Below are positions 59,854 to 64,000 of a stretch of DNA of 64,000 nucleotides, piece by piece. This stretch comes from Candidatus Heimdallarchaeota archaeon. GTDB lineage: Archaea; Asgardarchaeota; Heimdallarchaeia; Hodarchaeales; Hodarchaeaceae. Where the stretch lies: positions 328,769 through 392,768 of the forward strand of contig RDOB01000004.1 in NCBI GenBank assembly GCA_011364965.1. Reading direction: 5' to 3'. Within the stretch, counting starts at the first letter, position 1, and the number at the start of each line of letters is the position of its first letter. The translations under genes were made by a program, and so were the position numbers. The notes beneath the pieces were generated by a model, which did no database searches, had not been told where the DNA came from, and was given only the letters and a program-made list of their open reading frames with translations.

Positions 59854-60210
59854 TTGGGTGCTTTTAACTATCAAATGGAATTCATTCTGGGTATTACCTT
59901 GGCAATAATTCAAGCTCAGAAAAATAAAATAACAGTATCCTGTCCTTTATGCGGAGAATCTGAAACAATCTCTTTGGATGAAGTAGAATTAGAGCTTGCT
60001 AGGGAACAACATTCTCTTATCACAAAAGCTCTCTCCCATTCCAAAGCAGGCCATGTGCTTACACTTTATATCGATGGGCAAGGAATTGTACGTCGTAAAT
60101 ATTGCTTTGAGATTGCTGAGAACCACTTCAACGTCTTTCCCAGTTCATTACCTAATAATTTAAGCTCTCTCTTCCAACGAATGATTCAAGATTCCATGAA
60201 ATCTGATTAA
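59854..60210 (+). CDS. Small zinc-binding protein (CxxC..H..H)
   Basis: CPLCG..HSKAGHVLTLYIDGQGIVRR; start uncertain. Confidence 0.7.
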   Translation: MGAFNYQMEFILGITLAIIQAQKNKITVSCPLCGESETISLDEVELELAREQHSLITKALSHSKAGHVLTLYIDGQGIVRRKYCFEIAENHFNVFPSSLPNNLSSLFQRMIQDSMKSD

Positions 60211-60237
60211 TCACATCAAATAAAGTCCTTACTGCTT

Positions 60238-61623
60238 TTGGTAGGCGGTTTTATGATAGAATACTTATATTCAGAGAAAAAAGAATTTCAAGAATATCCT
60301 GTTGAAAAAGAAAGGTATTTCTTTTATGCATACAAGTCTACTATTCTAGAATATCCCAGCAAAACCTTATATAAAGTACAATATGACTCTTATACAAATA
60401 ATCACTTGAAAAGCTTTCCTGAATTTGAAGAAAGTATTAAAAGGGAACTGAAAAGCTATATACTTAGAAAATATGATTATTGCAAATTTGACGAGCTATT
60501 AAGATATTTGTATCAAGTCTCAGATATTGAAACAGGGGTCCCATCTCAATTATTACTACCATTATTCTTCCGAATTCTTAATATGGAAAATATTGGAAAA
60601 TTACTTGCTGATGATCAAATTGATGAGATTTATATTGATTCAAGCCAAAAATCGATATATATAGATCATATGAGGCATGGAAGATGTTATACAGACATTG
60701 TTCTTTCCAGTGAAGAAATTGATTCATTTATACAACGTATAGCCCTTGAGAATGATTTTTCTCTAAATAGATTAAATCCCACCATGAAATGTGAATTTTT
60801 CTCTCAAATTTTTCAAACCAGAGTAACAGTAGATATTCCACCCTTAACCATCAAAGACATTCATATCGATATAAGGAAATTTAGATTTCAGAATTTACGA
60901 ATTATTGATTTGATCAGGAATAACACTATTTTATATGAACAAGCGTTATTTCTTCTATTCTTAATAAGATCCCAAGTGTCTATTACGATTTTGGGACCTC
61001 CAAATTCTGGAAAAACAACCCTACAGAATGCTTTAATGGAATATATACCTGAACACCTTCGTTTATTGTCAATAGAGGATGTGCTGGAAACGCACAGTCT
61101 TCGTGAAGGTAATGCGGTACACTTTCGACTTGGATATGACCCACAAGAAGCCCTAATTCTCTCTAAATCTTTGGAGGTACAAAAAATCCTGCATCGAAGT
61201 CCTGATTTCATTAATCTTGGGGAGTTATCAATGAAAAGTCATTTCAATGCATATTTAAACGTACTTTCAATTGGGGTGCCTTCTATTCAAACTATACATG
61301 GTAAAAATTATAAAAAGTTAATTAAAAGACTCCAAGACATATATAATGTTCCAATTGAATTGATAACATCCTCCATACCTCATATATTTGTTGAATTAGG
61401 AGTGACTTGGATTAATAATCGAAAAAATAGGAGTGTTATTTCAATTGCTGAATTAACAGAGGAAGGAACAATACTTCAAATAACTAATGAGACAATCAAG
61501 GATTTTCTATTTAAATCCGACGATCCTCCTAAGATTCAAACAATTAATCATTTGATCACTCATAAGATTATCACCTTAGATACTATTTTTTCTGAGATTA
61601 CCTACATAGAATCCACCTTATAG
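60238..61623 (+). CDS. TadA/VirB11/FlaI-family secretion ATPase
   Basis: LLADDQIDEI, IDIRKF, GPPNSGKTT, SIEDVLE, PDFINLGE, QTIHG. Confidence 0.88.
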   Translation: MVGGFMIEYLYSEKKEFQEYPVEKERYFFYAYKSTILEYPSKTLYKVQYDSYTNNHLKSFPEFEESIKRELKSYILRKYDYCKFDELLRYLYQVSDIETGVPSQLLLPLFFRILNMENIGKLLADDQIDEIYIDSSQKSIYIDHMRHGRCYTDIVLSSEEIDSFIQRIALENDFSLNRLNPTMKCEFFSQIFQTRVTVDIPPLTIKDIHIDIRKFRFQNLRIIDLIRNNTILYEQALFLLFLIRSQVSITILGPPNSGKTTLQNALMEYIPEHLRLLSIEDVLETHSLREGNAVHFRLGYDPQEALILSKSLEVQKILHRSPDFINLGELSMKSHFNAYLNVLSIGVPSIQTIHGKNYKKLIKRLQDIYNVPIELITSSIPHIFVELGVTWINNRKNRSVISIAELTEEGTILQITNETIKDFLFKSDDPPKIQTINHLITHKIITLDTIFSEITYIESTL

Positions 61624-61687
61624 AACGATAAATTCTCCTATTCAAGAAATTTAGGAGTTTAAAATCTATAGTGGGAATTTAGCTTGG

Positions 61688-62209
61688 ATGTACCAAATGA
61701 GTTTAAAGGAAAGTCGAATCTTTGATTTCATCGAAATTAATCCTTCAATCTTTCAAGATGTAATAATTCAAATATTAGAAGACATAAGATCTTTTATACA
61801 CAAAATTTTTCCAGTCACATTAACTCTGGCCATCTTTATGGTAAATCTATCATTTATAATAGGAGCCATTCTTTATTTATTGGATTATGACGAACTAAAT
61901 GGGAAAAAAATGTTATTTAGATCCGCAATACTCTCCATTCTTCTATTTTTTGTTTTTAATGTGTATACTTTTACTGAATTAGAAGAACCATTTCAGGGTT
62001 TTGAGAAATTTGCTTCTTTTATAACTGCTTATCTTCTATTCATTTTTGCTGCTCTTTCTTTAATATTATTTCTTGGAAATCTAGGTTATTATTTACTAAG
62101 TCCAAATCCTTCCCAAAAAAGAATTCTGAAGAAAACTCTTTTTTGTCTCTTATGTACTTTTATTCCATTAGGTCTACAATTTCCTGCGATGCCTAAATGG
62201 GTGATTTAA
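61688..62209 (+). CDS. 4-TM protein resembling two tandem TrbC/VirB2-type pilin hairpins
   Basis: Two TM-basic loop-TM units (IIGAILYLL..NGKKML; LGYYLL..QKRILKK). Confidence 0.45.
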   Translation: MYQMSLKESRIFDFIEINPSIFQDVIIQILEDIRSFIHKIFPVTLTLAIFMVNLSFIIGAILYLLDYDELNGKKMLFRSAILSILLFFVFNVYTFTELEEPFQGFEKFASFITAYLLFIFAALSLILFLGNLGYYLLSPNPSQKRILKKTLFCLLCTFIPLGLQFPAMPKWVI

Positions 62210-62210
62210 A

Positions 62211-62396
62211 GTGATTTTGGTAGAACAAATAAACATTTTTAGTTATTTAATAGATCTGTTTTTGTCTATTGAGCTTGGAGCACTTTTAATTACTGTTGGA
62301 ACTATAATCTATTCCCCTACTGGAAATAGAATAGGCAAGTATCTCGTGATTATTGGTTTTTTCATATTTGGTATCAATGCGTTAAAAATAATATGA
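62211..62396 (+). CDS. 61-aa 2-TM protein, VirB2/CedA1-like pilin candidate
   Basis: VGTIIY..GNRIGKYLVIIG helical hairpin; starts 2 nt after the upstream stop. Confidence 0.45.
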   Translation: MILVEQINIFSYLIDLFLSIELGALLITVGTIIYSPTGNRIGKYLVIIGFFIFGINALKII

Positions 62397-62807
62397 TTGT
62401 TTGGACTGATAAAGTCGGTTGCTTCTTCATTAGGAAATAAATTTCTGCGTGAAATTGAGATTTCTTACATAAAATTTATTATTTCATAACTTATTAGTGT
62501 TTAAAAATGAAAATCATCAAACATTAAGATATCCCAATAAATCTCGTCATTTGAAAGAGATTCGGATGATTTTAGTAGAAAAGAAAGATAAATTTGGACT
62601 GAAAATAGTTATGGAGAATAAAAGGAATAGCAGAATCAAGATAAGGAATTTCACTAAATACCTCTAATAAATCTTTAAACAATTTTGTGTTTCGCGTTAA
62701 ACAAGCAAATCTGACCTTCCTAATCTACTCGTTTCCTGAAAAGCTAATTATCACTATAAGTTGTCTTTAATATGCTTTAGCTGATAGTGTTGCTGGGAGA
62801 AAAGCTA

Positions 62808-64000
62808 ATGTGGACCCCTGAGCTTAAGAAAATTAGTCAAATACAATTCGGAATTCTTTCTCCTGATGAAATCCGAAAAATGGCTGTTACAAAAATTATT
62901 ACAGCAGATACATATAATGAGGATGGTACACCTATTGAGGGTGGACTCATCGACAGAAGACTTGGTACAATAGAACCAGGTCAGAGATGTAGAACCTGCG
63001 GAAATCAGGTGGGAGATTGTCCTGGTCATTTTGGAATGATTGAATTAGCACGACCAGTTGTGCATGTAGGATATGCCAAGTCTATAATTTATAAATTATT
63101 AAGATCTTCATGTCGAGCTTGCTCACGAATCCTCCTTGATTCTTTACAAATAAAAAGATATCAACATAGGTTTGATAAAGCTAATAAAGAAGACGATCTC
63201 AAAACAGTAGCTGAATTAATAAAGGATGTGGTAAAGGAAGCCCGTAAAAAATCAGAATGTCCTCATTGTGGTCAACCACAGTACAAAATAAAGTATGAAA
63301 AGCCAACCAGCTTTTATGAGGAAACCCCAGAAGGATCTGTTCGGATTACTCCTTCCGAGATTCAAAAACGATTTGAGGGAATTCCAACTAATGATTTAGC
63401 GTTATTAGGTATTGATGCTGAACATTCCAGACCTGAATGGATGATTTTAACGGTTTTACCTGTTCCTCCCGTTTCTGTTCGTGCGTCAATAACTCTAGAA
63501 AGTGGGATTAGAAGTGAGGATGATTTAACTCACAAACTAGTTGATATTATTAGAATAAATCAAAGATTACGTGAAAATATAGAAGCAGGAGCTCCTCAAC
63601 TCATTGTTGAGGATCTTTGGGAGCTTTTGCAATATCATGTTACAACTTTTATGGATAATGAAGTGGCTGGTATTCCTCCTGCACGTCATCGATCGGGTCG
63701 TGCTTTAAGAACATTGACCCAAAGACTTAGAGGGAAAGAAGGAAGATTCAGAGGTAATCTTTCGGGTAAAAGGGTTGATTTCTCAGCTCGAACTGTAGTT
63801 TCCCCTGATCCAAATATATCGATTAATGAGGTAGGGGTACCAGAACAAATAGCTAAGATACTTACTGTTCCTGAAAGAGTTACTGAATGGAATATAGAAG
63901 AAATGAAAGAACTAGTCATGAACGGTCCAGATACAGAGATAGATGAGAAAACTGGAGTTTCAAAAACTGGTTCAAATTATATTATTCGTCCAGATGGGAA
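62808..64000 (+). CDS. rpo1N: RNA polymerase largest subunit Rpo1N/A' (truncated by window; absent from ORF track)
   Basis: [76 protein letters not shown]. Confidence 0.97.
   Translation, partial: MWTPELKKISQIQFGILSPDEIRKMAVTKIITADTYNEDGTPIEGGLIDRRLGTIEPGQRCRTCGNQVGDCPGHFGMIELARPVVHVGYAKSIIYKLLRSSCRACSRILLDSLQIKRYQHRFDKANKEDDLKTVAELIKDVVKEARKKSECPHCGQPQYKIKYEKPTSFYEETPEGSVRITPSEIQKRFEGIPTNDLALLGIDAEHSRPEWMILTVLPVPPVSVRASITLESGIRSEDDLTHKLVDIIRINQRLRENIEAGAPQLIVEDLWELLQYHVTTFMDNEVAGIPPARHRSGRALRTLTQRLRGKEGRFRGNLSGKRVDFSARTVVSPDPNISINEVGVPEQIAKILTVPERVTEWNIEEMKELVMNGPDTEIDEKTGVSKTGSNYIIRPDG

Noticed and set aside
53230-62800. Integrated element at tRNA-Ile
   Set aside because: No duplicated tRNA 3' end (att site), integrase or replication gene found by eye
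964-63919. Many short ORF-track entries overlapping longer genes (e.g. 3246-3566, 5631-5933, 24097-24426, 39038-39355, 52617-52937, 62805-63029, 63686-63919)
   Set aside because: Antisense or off-frame to confidently identified genes, with no motifs
62808-64000. Eukaryote-like fused Rpo1 (A'+A'')
   Set aside because: The gene is cut by the window edge long before the split point, so this cannot be assessed
1-64000. CRISPR arrays, rRNA genes, selenoprotein/SECIS signals, inteins
   Set aside because: No regularly spaced repeats, rRNA-like tracts, convincing in-frame UGA readthrough or intein motifs seen

Overview
AT-rich archaeal chromosomal segment, most consistent with an Asgard archaeon (Heimdallarchaeia/Hodarchaeales-like). 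The assignment is inferred from archaeal core genes occurring together with eukaryotic-signature proteins: Ribophorin I, WBP1/OST48-like, DC2/OSTC-like and a two-domain Rpb5. Most of the window is housekeeping: about 15 ribosomal protein genes, RNAP subunits (Rpo5, Rpo11, Rpo3, start of Rpo1), SecY, NurA/HerA and KEOPS Pcc1. I also found seven tRNA genes by eye. Four of them carry seven introns in total, five at non-canonical positions, including a triple-intron tRNA-Trp whose central intron is a box C/D guide for its own C34 and C39. Other notable items are an agmatine/polyamine-to-translation cluster (tiaS, dhs, decarboxylase, agmatinase), a triosephosphate isomerase homologue lacking all three catalytic residues, tandem divergent EF-1alpha paralogues, a Cren7-like zinc-ribbon protein, and an intact ISH3-family IS with a 7-bp TSD in a palindromic target. 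The best candidate for an undescribed system is a ~9 kb locus (53.3-62.4 kb) that mixes a TadA/VirB11 ATPase and TadB/C-like platform protein with VirB2/CedA1-like small membrane proteins and a 1169-aa surface protein. All family calls come from motif recognition only; no searches were run.
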